Assembly (NCBI RefSeq): GCF_009914755.1
Contig: NC_060937.1
Strand: one strand, 5' to 3'
DNA: 64,000 nucleotides
From: the human T2T-CHM13v2.0 reference genome, Homo sapiens
A model generated the notes under the pieces. The model had not been told where the DNA came from. It saw nothing but the letters and a program-made list of their open reading frames with translations, and ran no database searches. Positions within the stretch are counted from its first letter, which is position 1. Each line of letters starts with the position of its first letter. Shown piece after piece: positions 30,835 through 49,380 of the stretch. The translations under genes and the position numbers were made by a program.

Positions 30835-31050
30835 ATAATATTCAATGGTGTAGGCTATGGAATAAAATTGTCTGTATCCATTTCTATGCTACGTCATTTG
30901 CTAGATGTATAACTTCGCAATAAATTCTCTGTGCCATTGTATTCGTATCTGTGAAATGAGGAAACAATGTCTACTGCATAATGTTGTGACGACAATTAGA
31001 TAAAATAATGCAAAGCATTAATAATAGTTTCTGGTTCTGTTAGCACATGC
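30835..31050 (+). mobile_element. MIR SINE remnant
   Basis: Degenerate core ctctgtgccattgtattcgtatctgtgaaatgagg. Confidence 0.5.
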
Positions 31051-31163
31051 TAGTACTTGTCTCAGTGGGTCTAGCATTTCAGTAGTTAGTCTCTATTGTT
31101 CCTGTTATATCTCCATATTGTGTTGTTAGTAACGTACGCCTATTTCTCAATATTTGCATTTTA

Positions 31164-31312
31164 TTGAGACAGAGTGTTACTCTTTCACCCAGGCTAAAGT
31201 GCAGTGGCATGATCACAACTCACTGCAGCCTTGACCTCCAGGGCTCAAGTGATCCTCCCACTTCACACTATCAAAGTGTTGGGATTACAAGAGAGAGCCA
31301 TCCTTCCCAGCC
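31164..31312 (-). mobile_element. Monomer-length Alu (left-arm 5' part joined to an AluJ-like right-arm 3' part)
   Basis: 149 bp, perfect 15-bp TSD aatatttgcatttta (31149-31163 and 31313-31327), almost no A-tail. Confidence 0.85.
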
Positions 31313-31812
31313 AATATTTGCATTTTAAAATCTACTGGTGAAAATAACTTTTACTGACTCTCTCTGTTTCTACTCTTGGATGACAAAAATTCATTCTTTA
31401 AGTAGTAGGTAAATTGCATGTAAAAATATAAATCAATGTAGTCTACATCTCTGCTAAAAATAACAACAACAACATCAAGTTCTTCTGTTTTTAGAATAAA
31501 ATCCATAAATTTTCTGTGTCTTATGAAACATGGTCCCAGTTAACTTTCACTTTTTCATAGTGCTCTTTTTCAACCACTGTAAGAATGAACCAGTCTCACC
31601 ACCAACATTCTACCACCACTTTCAACACATACACACTCCCACTACACACACGCATTTCACACTATACACACACATGCACACAAATGCAGGCTCATCAGCA
31701 AGACCACCACTACTTTTTGTTAGTCCTAGTAACCTGCTAAAGAGCATGTCTCAGTTTGCTATTTTGTGGTTTATTTATGTGTTTGCTGAAGTATTATTTT
31801 CATCCCCCTTTA

Positions 31813-32124
<312 letters not shown>

Positions 32125-33364
32125 AAATAAGCTCCATAAAATTAGGAATTCTGATTTTCTTGTTCATCAATCTATTATCTAAGACAAAGCCTGACACATG
32201 ACATGTAATATATAAATATACATTAAACAAAAGAATATAAATAACAATAGCTTTTTTGTGGGTTGCCTAATAATTTTGTTATAGGAGACTCCATATAATA
32301 GTACAATTATGGCCATGAACTGAGATAGCCATTAAGCTTGATCCATCCGAAGGTGGACTGGTTTTAACTTTTCAAACCTTTCTGTAGTGAGGAACATGAG
32401 ATAGAGCAAGAGAATCATACAGATACAAATCAGACAATATAAAATTATTTTCTACTAAGTTTATATTTATTTCTTACATTGCAACTACCTAAAAAGTTGT
32501 ATTTAGAAATAATTGGTAAGTATATCCAGATCTCCAAAATCAAATTTTTAATAAGTTTAGTAAAAAACCTATGTTTTCACAAATTTGCACAGATTATCAT
32601 GCTTTGTATTATGCCTATAAATGGGGCAATGTTGAGTCCAAATAATAGCTGGCACTGAAAACGAGATTGAACAACACAACCTGATACTTATGTTAATCCG
32701 TTGAATATGAAATATCTGCTGAGACTCCCCAAAGCAATCAATTCAGAATAATCTATACTTCCCAATGGACGTATCAAATCAGAGTGAATTAGATGAGTTG
32801 GAAGTGCTATGCAAAAGCCATTATTTATCTCCAAATGAGTGAAGCAGGGCTACAACTAGTGCATGCCTTATCCTATCTATCATATGCACTATTTTGAAGC
32901 AATTATTAAAAAGTTGTGGATTAATAATAGATTTTTTTTCTTTCAGACTTTTGGTAAACTTTTTAAATTATCAAATCACAAATATCAAGAAACATTTGTT
33001 ATGTTTAAAACCTAGAAACAAGTTGGCATAAAAGCATTCTCATAGTTATGCCTTTATTATTATCAATTATATACACATTCAAAGAAAATTAAAATCACTT
33101 TCAAAAGTACATTTAAAAAGTTACAATGAGAATAGCATTATTATGAGAGAACCACTGGAAAGTAGACTTGAGAGTGCACTGCCCCAATACCATCATAAAC
33201 ATAGGCATTGGTAACTGCATGGAAAGACGAGTGGGATCTTACATGTCATGCATTTGGTAAATTTGGCTAAAGGTGGTCTCAATGTGGCATCTGATTACCC
33301 AGTTTAGTTTTATTTGAAAAGACAGTTGAAGGGAATGTTTCAAACTCTAATGCAATGAAGTATA

Positions 33365-33860
33365 TATGCATTTAATCAATACTTATTGTGTACTTACTAG
33401 GCTCTAGGTATTATCTGGTTATATATCAGAGAACAACAATAATAACAAAATTATCTCTTCTCAGTAGAGGCAGACAAGCAAAACTAACTAAATAAGTCAT
33501 GTAGTAGGTTATCCAGTAAGTGCAGTGAGAAAAAATAAAGTAAGGAAGATAGGATTGTGTTGGAGAGAGCACTACAAGTAATATATGTGGTCAGGTGATG
33601 TCTCAATAAGAGGATGATAGCTAAATAAATGCTGGAGAGCTTGAGGAAGTGAGTCACCCTGAAAGTATAAGAATGCAGTGGTAGAGAAGATGATGGTGAC
33701 AGATTTGAAATTTATTTGGAAGAATCTCCTGAATGATTGAGTATATGTTTTAAGAAAAAAATATTTGATCTCAAAGATAATAACTGAGTTTAAGAGACTG
33801 ATAGAAACAGGTTTGAATCAGAAGAATTGTGGTTTGGCTATGTTACTTTGAGATGCCTTA
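33365..33860 (-). mobile_element. L2 LINE remnant
   Basis: catttaatcaatacttattgtgtacttactaggc... resembles the antisense L2 3' end, followed by purine-rich degenerate L2. Confidence 0.5.
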
Positions 33861-33873
33861 GGAAATGCTACTT

Positions 33874-33971
33874 TGAGGATGCAGAAAAAAATGAACTACT
33901 ATACACTGATGTTGGGAATGTAAATTGTACAATCTCCATAGAAATCAGAATGGAGACTCCTCAAATAACTA
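33874..33971 (+). mobile_element. Isolated 98-bp internal L1 fragment resembling 35660-35756
   Basis: Aligns directly to the neighbouring L1PB at roughly 83% identity by hand count. No poly-A tail. Confidence 0.8.
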
Positions 33972-34537
33972 GGCATTTGACTTGATTTGTAAAGACAAGA
34001 AGGGACATGCATATAATTTTTTTTGACAAGCTGTGGAATAGAGCTTTCTAAATATATTGAAAATTAAAAAAAATTTTCAGCTATTAAAAACAAATATTTA
34101 ATGGGATTTATTAATAAAATATTTAGCTTTTTTTCTAATATTAAATTATGTGATTTTAACTCATTTGTGAAGTTAAAAAGTATGCTAGTATGAATATTCT
34201 GTAGCTTTTGACATAATCCCCTTAAATACAATTGATTCATTTTGTACCCACCTTAAATATCAAACAAATATGTAATATATTTTACTCACTTCTTACAAAA
34301 CAAAAACACTTTCAAATTAATAAACTACATATTAATGTACACCTTGAATGCTCATTAACAACTTAGGAGAAGTTCTGACTAAGGCATATTTGTTATTGCT
34401 TTTTCAAAGTAAATGTGTAAATTTCAGAAAGTGTTGGACAATATTTTATATAAAAATTGGCTTAGGATAAGTTTCAACTTGCTAATCTCTCAATCTTGGT
34501 AAAATGACTAGTAAAGCTCCCTTAAAAGTTTATTGTT

Positions 34538-34925
<388 letters not shown>

Positions 34926-35274
34926 TTAAAGGGCAAATGAAAATTTTAACAAAATTATGTTGAAATATTTCTACAAAATCTACTAAAATATTCACAAGTG
35001 ACTCAGTACTAAAAATAAATTACTGTATTAAGTAAATAGTAATATATTTTATTGATCCCAGAATATCTATAACATTAGGCTATATCTTACAATTTGAATT
35101 GGCAGTGCTTTTCTTATTCAGTGATACTAAAACCAAAGGTGTTTTAATCATTAAAATGTTAGAATGCATCAATATGACATACTAGCAGTTATTTATCAAA
35201 ATGTATCACATAGCTAACACTGTGCTGGATTTTTAAATAGGCATTATTATCTGTCGTAAATGAAGTTACTAACA

Positions 35275-36607
35275 TGTCTTAGTCTGTTCCTGCTGTGATA
35301 ACAAAATATTTTATGCTGAGTAGTTGATAAACAAAACCAAAAGAAATAACAGAGTGAAAAGACAACTTGCAAAATGTAAGAAAATATTTGCAAACTATTC
35401 ATCCAACAGGGGAATAGTATCTAGAATTTACAAGAAATTCAAGCAACTCAACAAAAATGCAAATGAACACAATATAAAGTGAGCAAATGAAATGAATAGA
35501 TATTTTTTGAAAGAAGACATACAGATGGCCAGCAAGCATATAAAAACATGTTCAATATCACTAATCACAAGAGAAATGCAAATTAAAACGACAATGAAAC
35601 ATCATCTTGCACCAGCCTAAATGACTATTACTAAAATGTCAGAAAATAACACATATTGGTGAGGATGTGAAAAAAGGGAACTCTTATACACTGATGGTGG
35701 CAATATAAATTGTACACTGTCCATAGAAATTAATATAGAGATTTCTCAAATAACTAAAAATAGAGCTACCATTCAATACAGCAACTTCACTACTTGATAT
35801 CTATTCAAAAGAAAAGAAATCATTATATAAAAAACACTTGCATTCCTATGTTTATCACAGCACTGTTCACAATAGCACAGATATGGAATTAACCTAAATA
35901 TCTATGAACAAATTATTGAATTAATAAAGTATGGTGTATATATATACAATGGAATGCTGTCCAGCTATCTGAACAAAAAATGAAGTCATGTCTTTTGCAG
36001 CAACAATGCAGAACTGGAGGCCATTATCTTAACTGAAACAATAAAGAAAATGAAAGTCAAACACCACATGTTCTCACTTATACATTGGAGCTAAATAATG
36101 TGGACATAAAATATGGAATAATAGACTTTCAGGCTAGGATAGAGAAGGAGAAAGGAGGTGGTGGTGAGAAACCAGTTAATGGGTACAAAGTACATGGTTT
36201 GGGTGATGGATAAACTAAAAGTCAAGACTTCACCACTATGCGATATATGCCTGAAACAAAATTGCACTCACTTTACCCCTTAAATTCCTAAGAATAAATA
36301 AAAAGAGAAATAAATTGATTTTTCGCAATTCTGGAGACTGGGAAGTCCAGGATTAAGGAAGTAGCAGATTTGATATCTGGACAGAGGTCTCTGCTTCATA
36401 GATGGCATCTTCTAGCTGTGTCTTCACAGGGTGGAAGAGACCAGTTATCTCACTAGGGTCTCTTCTATAAGGGCATTAATTCCATTCTTGAGGCCTCCAC
36501 CCTCATTACCTAGTCACCTCCCCACATTTCCACCTTAGTATCATCATCTTGGAGGTTAGGTTTCAGTATTTAAATTTTGGAGCCACCCCTACATTCAGAA
36601 TATAACA
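35275..36607 (-). mobile_element. MLT1A/MST-like solo LTR (35275-~35335 and ~36306-36607), split by L1PB and itself inside a MIR
   Basis: tgtcttagtctgttcctgctg... resumes as ttctggagactgggaagtccagg...tataaca. MIR-like text on both flanks. Confidence 0.75.
35336..36305 (+). mobile_element. 5'-truncated L1PB4-like element
   Basis: ORF2 C-terminal DNA plus 3'UTR ggtgatggataaactaaaagtcaagacttcaccactatgc and an A-rich tail. Confidence 0.8.
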
Positions 36608-38129
36608 TAAGGCTAAGAGAAGCATAGTCAATGCTCCAAATCACCAAGGTATTAAGCAACAGAATCAGACTTGAATCCAGGTCATATTGTGTCCAAGCTT
36701 GATCTTACTCATCACACTGTATTTACTTAAATAACGTTTCTATGAATGTATTATCACATTAGATTGAAAGTTGATGAAGCTGATCCTCTAGCTGTTTACA
36801 ACCAACTAAAAGTGTGGCGCTGAGGGGAAGCAAATAGAGAAAAAAGAACATTTGTGGCAGTTTATATCTTCAGTCTCCTCAAAACCTAATCTACCATACT
36901 TAAAGCCTGATTACTGTGCCTTGACGGTGTTTTAATATTTTTCCCAATCAGCCATAATGCCTGGTCCAATCTTTCCTGTGCTACCTCTGGCACAAGTACC
37001 TTGGGTATCCTTCCCAAGTGGTGCATCTCAATAATTATAATAAGGAGATTTTATTCCTTGAATTTTAACCCTAGGTCTTTGGGTTTCTGTGATATCAAAG
37101 ATATTTGTTACACACGTTACATAAGTTTAGGCTTATGTCAGTTTCCCACAACAGATCAAGAACTTGGGAAATAAAAGAAAATTTTAATATTTATACTTGT
37201 CCTGTCCTTGACCGATATGAACAACATCTATTCATGATTGAAACTATACCTCCAGTGAACATAAATGGACCATAAAATACTATAACTGGGCATGTATCTC
37301 CAAAGAGACATTTGGTATGTAAGGCAAGAATAGCTCCTGGTGATGGTAGGTGTATTTAAATCTCAGTGTTTCCAACTGAAAGGAGCCTATTTTTCTGAGA
37401 GAATGTGGCCAGGTCCCAGAATCTCAAAAGACCATACACCACCACTAAGAGAAAGCAGAATGATGTATAATTGCATATCGCTTTCAGCATTTTATTCAAA
37501 ATTAATGTATATTCCTTTTTTTTGTTTTGTTTTCTAAGTAGGCTTTTATTCTTTATTTTATTTTATTTTATTATTATTATACTTTAAGTTTTAGGGTACA
37601 TGTGCACAACGTGCAGGTTTGTTACATATGTATACATGTGACATGTTGGTGTGCTGCACCCATTAACTCGTCACAGCATTAGCTATATCTCCTAATGCTA
37701 TCCCTCCCCCCCTCCCCCCACCCACAACAGTCCCCGGTGTGTGATGTTCCCCTTCCTGTGTCCATGTGTTCTCATTGTTCAATTCCCACCTATGAGTGAG
37801 AACATGCAGTGTTTGGTTTTTTGTCCTTCTGATAGTTTGCTGAGAATGATGGTTTCCAGTTTCATTCATGTCCCTACAAAGGACATGAACGCATCCTTTT
37901 TCATGGCTGCATAGTATTCCATGGTGTATATGTGCCACATTTTCTTAATCCAGTCTATCATTGTTGGACATTTGGGTTGGTTCCAAGTCTTTCCTATTGT
38001 GAATAGTGCTGCTATAAACATACATGTGCATGTGTCTTTATAGCAGCATGATTTATAATCCTTTGGGTATATACCCAGTAATGGGATGGCTGGGTCAAAT
38101 GGTATTTCTAGTTCTAGATCCCTGAGGAA

Positions 38130-39827
<1,698 letters not shown>

Positions 39828-39890
39828 AGACCATCAAGGCTAGGAAGAAACTGCATCAACTGAGGAGAAAAATAACCCGCTAACATCATA

Positions 39891-41976
<2,086 letters not shown>

Positions 41977-43994
41977 TGAAACGTAAACTGTCAGGACAAT
42001 TTCCTCTCTGGATGGTATGAAATTCAAATACCAAGAGACCTAATACCGATTCCTACTTAGGAAGTTATTTGACCCAAGAATTTTGCTTAAAGATGATCCT
42101 GACTTCAAGAGCTAAAAATGTATAGATAATGTAGTCTATTCCAAATAACTAAGGCAAGAAAGAAGTATAAAATATTATTTTGAAAACTGAAAGAATTGGA
42201 GGAAAAGGTAAGTGAAAATGGCAAAGGAGAAAGAGGATCACTCTAACAAAAGTGGCGGGAGGAAAGGAGCTGATTGAAATGGAACAAGAATTGATTACAC
42301 AACAGACTATCCTGAATGAAAGGTTGCAAATCTGATATCCTAGCAATTAAATGATTTTTAAGTGGCTTTCATTCTTCAACATCATTGTAGACAGGTCTTT
42401 ATAGTTTCTACCTCCCACCCAGCAATGAAGATCAGACTTAGAAAATAAACTAGATTTAATCATATTTTACTGACAAGAGAAATAGAGATATGATAAATAA
42501 ATTTGGTGCGATTTGTGAAAGAATCGCATTTACTTAATGCGATTGATGTTTTCCATTTTTACTCAGTCACTTATTAAAGTGTTAAAATGTGCTCTAAAAT
42601 CTTAAGTATACAGTTCTATAGGTATCACCCTATAATAAACAAAATATCTGATTAGTAAAACAAAAGAAATTAGGCAATTTGTTTTCATTTCTATTATAAT
42701 GAAAATTCTTTATATTCCATAAATTACACATTATGCATATTTTTCATAAAAAATTTATTTAAAAGCATCTGAAAGCATATAAAACATATTTTCCCCATTA
42801 GTTAACATTTAACTTAAATTCATATAGCACATTTTCTTACATATTTTTCTGACATATGATCTTGGTATAATTGAATTCATATCAGTCATAATTATATCAT
42901 GCTAATGCCAATTTGATTTCAACATGGTCTAGCTTTTTAAATTGCATTTTTTAAAACATAATTCTTAGTTATTAATGTTTCTTTTATGACCATTCTGCAT
43001 TGCAAGTTATGGAGCAATAATTCTGTTATGTATTGTTTTTTTATTCATGTATCTATTTGGCAAAAATTCATCCAACTCAAAATAATTTTCCTATGTTCTA
43101 GTTGTGGAGATTCAAATATGATTGAGTCACAATCCTAGAACTCAAATCATTCCACCTAGTAGGAGAAAACAAGACAACAAGTAATTAATTTGTGAAGATG
43201 TGATAGATACTGTAAAATACATCTGTGCTAAGTGCTAAAGAACCACAAACAAAAAAAGAGAGTGATTCTTACTGGATGGGGTGTAAAATATTCTGGATAG
43301 CACATACTCAATCTGGTCATAAAAGAATATTTTATAACTTCAAAAAAAATAGCATCGCTATTATATTTTCTAGTTGTGTTGCTCTATTTTCATGCTTGCA
43401 AAGCCCTCAGTAAAATTTTGTTTAAAAGGCATGTGCTGATAAAGTAGTATAAATAGGTTTTTCTTATCATCACAGAATTCCGACTGAGAGATTATTTTTT
43501 CTTAGTTAAAATAGATTTACCATATGGGGAATATTCATTTCATTATACGTATGCTTCTTGTCCATCATGTCTAAATTAAATTATAGTAATTATTCTGCTT
43601 ATATACAGCATATATATTCAAACAAACGAGCTTTAAAAAATAACTAAGTAAAGCATGCTCTATATTTTTGTTATGTTAAAGTGAATTTTTTTATATAAAG
43701 AGAAAACTTCCCTTTTCAGATTTGAATAAAAACACTTGTACTTATTTTCAACTAATTAACTTAAAATGGCTAACATCTTTCGGTTTATAAAGTCTCAGCC
43801 TCTTTGACCAAAGAATTTTTATTTACTATTTAATTTGATGTATTCTCACTCTCTTTCAGTTTACAACTATATATTCATTTCCTCTACCAAGGGCAAAACA
43901 AACATTGCTAATCAAGTTGCCCCACTAATGTTTTCTATATCATTCAAATTTTATTTATATGGTACATTTAGCTAGTTAGATGGCTTAATAGTGA

Positions 43995-44341
<347 letters not shown>

Positions 44342-44708
44342 TTACAAAATAATTCAGAAGGATAGTGAAAGTAGTTTCTTAATGTGTTACTACTTTTTTT
44401 CCCACAAAGAGCAAAGATGTAAAGAAAGATGTGCTTAACGTCATAAGTTTGGTCTATGGTTTTCCTATTAAAGTAATATTACAATAAAGTAATATTGCTT
44501 TTATTCCCATGAGATTAACCATCTACAAATTATTTATCCATATTTTTAGATATGGATGTGGATCTACACTATCCATATGTTTTACAGTTTTATAAATAAA
44601 CAGGAAATGATACACATAGACAAATACAATTTCTCTTTTCTTAATGTATTGCTTTTTCTTTAGGGCCTTAAAATTCTGTGTATCTTACATAGTGTTTTCA
44701 TAAACATT

Positions 44709-44764
44709 CTGTGTGTGTGTGTTTTTGTGTGTGTGTGTGTGTGTATGTGTGTTTGTGTGTGTGT
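44709..44764. repeat. Interrupted (TG)n microsatellite
   Basis: Directly visible. Confidence 0.95.
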
Positions 44765-45394
44765 AAAGAACAATATAATTAATGAAGTAATACATATTTG
44801 TGACTAATTCCATTATTTAATTAGTGATATTCCAGAAATGCAATTTTATTTGAAGTTGCATTAGCTGAGGGATACCTTTATGATACCTTAATTTTTGGCC
44901 CGATCCATCATTACTTTGCAAGTTCAATGTTAGATATTTGAAATGTTCTGATCTTTTTAAACACTTTGAATAGAAAGCAGACAATGTAGGTTAAAATTTT
45001 AATATAAATTGAAGGATCTAATGTAAGAAATTAAAATACTTTAAGCACCTAACTCCTCCATGCCTGATATATAGAAGATGATAATTAAATGTTTGCTAAA
45101 TGAATGCATTGACAACACAGTTTCTCTTTTATTCCTAAAAGCATTTCTTTGGATAAGTACTACTACCATCAGAGCTCAGGTCATAAAATTACATCCAGGA
45201 AGAAATTCTCAGAATGTTAAACTTGTCAGAATATACTGTATACTGCTGTCAAAGTTGATTCTCAGGAAAATGCTGTGCCATTCCTTCTTTAACATCATGT
45301 TTCTTATGGCATATTACACCCAGAACTAGGCAGTCATATCAAATTAGACCTTTACCTCTTCTTTGGAATTTACACATTGTTTTATTTATGCAAG

Positions 45395-46157
45395 TTTTTT
45401 TTCTTCTTATTTTCAATTTTTAAGTTCACGGGTACATATGCAGGATGTGCAGGTTTGTTGCGTAGGTAAACATGCGCCATGGTGGCTTGCTACACAAATT
45501 ATCCCATCACCTAGGTATTAAGCCTAGCATCTGTTAGCTATTCTTCCTGACGCTCTTCTTCCTCCCAACCACCACCGTCTGACAGGCCCCAATGTGTGTT
45601 GATCCCCCACTCCCCAAAGTATTCATGTGTTCTCATCATTCAGCTCCCACTTGTAAGTAAGAACACACGGTATTTGGTTTTCTGTTCCTGCATGAGTTTG
45701 CTGAGGATAATGGCTTCCAGCTCCATCCATGTCCCTGCAAAGGACACAATCTCATTCCTTTTTATGGCAGCATAGAATTACATGGTGTATATGTACAGTT
45801 TGCTATTGTGAGTAGCGCTGCAATGAATATACGCATGCATGTTTCTTTATAATAGAATGATTTATAATCCTTTGGGCATATACCCAGTAATGGGATTGCT
45901 GAGTCCAGTGGTATTTCTGCCTCCAGGTCTTTGAGGAATCGCCACACTGTCTTCCACAATGGTTGAACTTATTTACACTCCCACTAACAATATAGAAGTG
46001 TTCCTTTTTCTCCACAACATCGCCAGCATCTGTTGTTTCTTTGACTTTTTAATAATAGCCATTCTGACTGGTGTGAGATGGTATCTCATTGTGGTTTTGA
46101 TTTGCATTTCTCTAATAATTAGTGATGCAGAGCTTTCATTCATCTGTTTATTGGCCT
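45395..46157 (-). mobile_element. 5'-truncated L1PA (about PA8A-10) with a small internal deletion near 45797
   Basis: cccatcacctaggtattaagcctagcatc 3'UTR. atgtac|agtttgctatt skips about 65 bp that are present in the other copies. Short TSD caagt. Confidence 0.9.
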
Positions 46158-48881
46158 CAAGTAACATCTAATGGGAGACAGGATAAGGTAAATATCAACT
46201 GCACAACAGATTCCTGCTGTCTCAGATTAGTTATATGCCTCTACATCCAAACCCTGCTGGCACACATCTTTTCAGGCCATAATTATTATATTCATGGTGG
46301 TTAGCTTCCTAAGAGCTATGTAATGGTTGAAAATAATTCTCAGAATAGCCATTCAAATTTGCTTTTTCATCAACTTATGAGAGAACTTCAATGCCTATAG
46401 GATTAGTATTTATCTATAAAGACAGATGTTTTAATAATAATACATCAGGAATTAGCAGAAGTTCTGAATAGATTTCTTTATTTAAATAGTATTTACTGAC
46501 TGCCTACTATGGATCAGACACAGTTTTTAAACTTGTCCCTGTTTTTTAGAACTAGAAGTTTGAGTTAGCTGTCTTCTACTGACATCAAATATTAGAATTA
46601 TCTGTGCAGATATATCTCCTGTGTTAAAATCCCTCCTCAGCTCTTATTTCTTATGAAGACTCACAGTGTCACATAGTCTTGCAATCTTGTACCTACAGGA
46701 AAATCACAATTAAGTATTTCAATTTCACTCCAATTGAACTATAACAGACTCACAGTTCAACTCATTATTCAGATAGCCATCAACTTTCACTACTGTGATT
46801 ATCACAATACAATTTCTAACTAAACAATAATGACTCATGCAATCATTAATTTGAAAATTGTTAATTGCAATCCACATCACAGCTGTCCAGCTGAATGAGA
46901 TTAGACTTTTTCTACTTTTACCCCAGAATGCCAGTTGTTGAATTGTATAATTTCTTTTAATAAGTATTTGTTGAGTAACTGCCAAGTAATTTACTAGACT
47001 TGGGATATCCATAAGCATATTATTATGCATTATGACATCATAGAGTGTACAACCTTGAGGGGAAGAGAAATATCTCACAGCTAATTTCCCTACCATCTAT
47101 TAATTGTTTAAAAAGATGCAGAGGATTTATATGTATGTATATATGCACAAGATCTCCTAAACTACAATGGTGTTGATTGGATACTAGAATAGAAGCAGTG
47201 TTTTGCAATAGTAAATAAATAAATATATATATTTATTCTGAAGTTCACAGTATTTTTATATTAATCCTGTATATGTATATCATTTTCATTTTATAAATAA
47301 AATGTAGAAAAAATATGAGGGTTAATTTTGTAAGGTTATTTTGACAATTAAAAATTATATGAAAGAAAAGCCTTGTGAGGCATCAAAAGATTGTAGAAGG
47401 AATTCCAGTCTTCCTGCCACATGTACTTTAATTTGATAGCTGTGTGTCAACTTTGCAAACTTATGAAGGCCCTCAAAGCCTCCATATTTCCATCTTAATA
47501 TTTGAATATTTAAATATGTGTGTGTAACCGTGTATACACACATACATAAAATAAACATGTATTAGAAATATGTTTAATATTAGAAGTATTATAAATGTAT
47601 TAAATTGTATAAAATGTATATTATATATAAGTGCCTAAACAAATAAACAAATATGAGTTGCTTTTCATTTATAAACTGTGAAATTTTTGCACAATTTCTT
47701 TCCACTTTTTACCACAAAGATGACATGTCTAACTGCTACTCTATGTTACTTCTATATGTTCAATCACTCTAAATTCATTAGTGACATTTGTTTTCTTAAA
47801 CACTCAAAAGAAACCAAAAACAAATAAATGGCATCTAATTCACATTTGAGAAAAAAACTTCCAAAAAAATGCTACTTTCCTTTCCAGCTTCTTCATCCAA
47901 TAATTTCTTATATTGAAACTAAGTAACTGGGAATAGTTTCTGGAATCATACAAAAGCCTGTGTTATCATTCTGGCTGGCTTTAACAAATGTGTTTCCTCA
48001 GATAAGTATTTTAGGTATATAAATGGTCAGTATGTGATTATGTAGCTGTAAAGCATTAACAGTCAGATTAGAAAGGTGTTATTGGATTATTTACTCTGCT
48101 TCATTTTAATTTGGATCTTATGTCTGGATATGTTTTTGTTTGGTTTCTGTACTTTTTTCCCCCTGATCAGCTCACCAGATTGATTGAGTTTGCTTGATTT
48201 CTCAAACATCTTTTCAATGATAGAAGAAAAATCCCTGTGACTAAATATCATATCGGAATGATCTACATTGTTATACATTGTGCTTCTGATATTACAATCT
48301 AACAAAATGCCACAGAAAATTCAATTTATTTGTGTTATATATGTGTGTGTATATATTATATATATATACATACTATTATCATCACACTTTGTAAATATAT
48401 CATATATTCATTATTAATAAATATGTGTTGATAAGGCTTAATTTTAAATGAATAAATCTTTATAATAATATTTTATACATTATATGTTGTATATTATAGA
48501 TTACATATTATGTTATCTTTTAATGATGGAAATGTGAGTATTTTATAGGCACTGTAATTCTGTCATTAAAGATATTTCCATAACTTTGACAAGGAAAAGT
48601 GGAGACAACATCCAAGTGATATCTGGGCCTTGCTTTTAAAAAGAGGTAACTCACAATTTGATTCTCCACACAATTCAGTTGTTAGCTTCCTGACATGTCT
48701 TTAGTATAAGTCAGAATAAATTCAACCACACCTCTAAGTTATAGTTAGAAGGCGCTGAATGTCATTGATGAGTGATTGACTGAGTATGTATCTCTGAAAG
48801 CAATTCAAGTGTTCAAACAGATTTTTAAAAATCCCTTGGGGCACAAAATTATGCTCTTAATATTTCAAACATCCTCTTTGG

Positions 48882-49033
48882 GGCCAGGAATGATGGCTCA
48901 CACCTGTAATGCCAACACTTTGGGAGGCCAAGCTGGGAGAATCACTTGAGTCTATGAGTTCAAGACTGGCCTGAGCAACATAGCAGGACCACGTCTCTAC
49001 AAAAAAAAAAAATAATAATAATAATAATAATAA
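48882..49033 (+). mobile_element. FLAM-type Alu monomer with A/(AAT)n tail
   Basis: Left-arm sequence only, degenerate TSD ending tc(c/t)tctttg. Confidence 0.85.
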
Positions 49034-49292
49034 AAAGTCTTCTTTGAAACAAATAATGGAATTGAAACAACAACAATAATGCAGCTTTATGTTTCCTCAA
49101 TGTAAGTTTTTGAACAATATTTCTGAATTAATGCATAAATTTATATTTTATCTGCTCTGATCATTTGGTCTTTATAGGCTCACCATATAAGAATAAATAC
49201 CTATATGTATACATATCTATCATCTATATATCATCCATGAATCTTTCTATAGCTATCTACCTATATATGCCTATATATAACCTCTCTCCATA

Positions 49293-49380
49293 TATGTGTG
49301 TATATTCATGTATATTCACACACATATATTTATATATTCATGTATGTGTGTATATTCATGTATATTCACACACATATATT
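49293..49380. repeat. Perfect 38-bp direct repeat at 50-bp period in TA/CA low-complexity DNA
   Basis: tatgtgtgtatattcatgtatattcacacacatatatt at 49293-49330 and 49343-49380. Confidence 0.9.

Noticed and set aside
46725-47096. 123-aa minus-strand ORF
   Set aside because: AT-rich codon content and no recognisable motif; length is within chance expectation.
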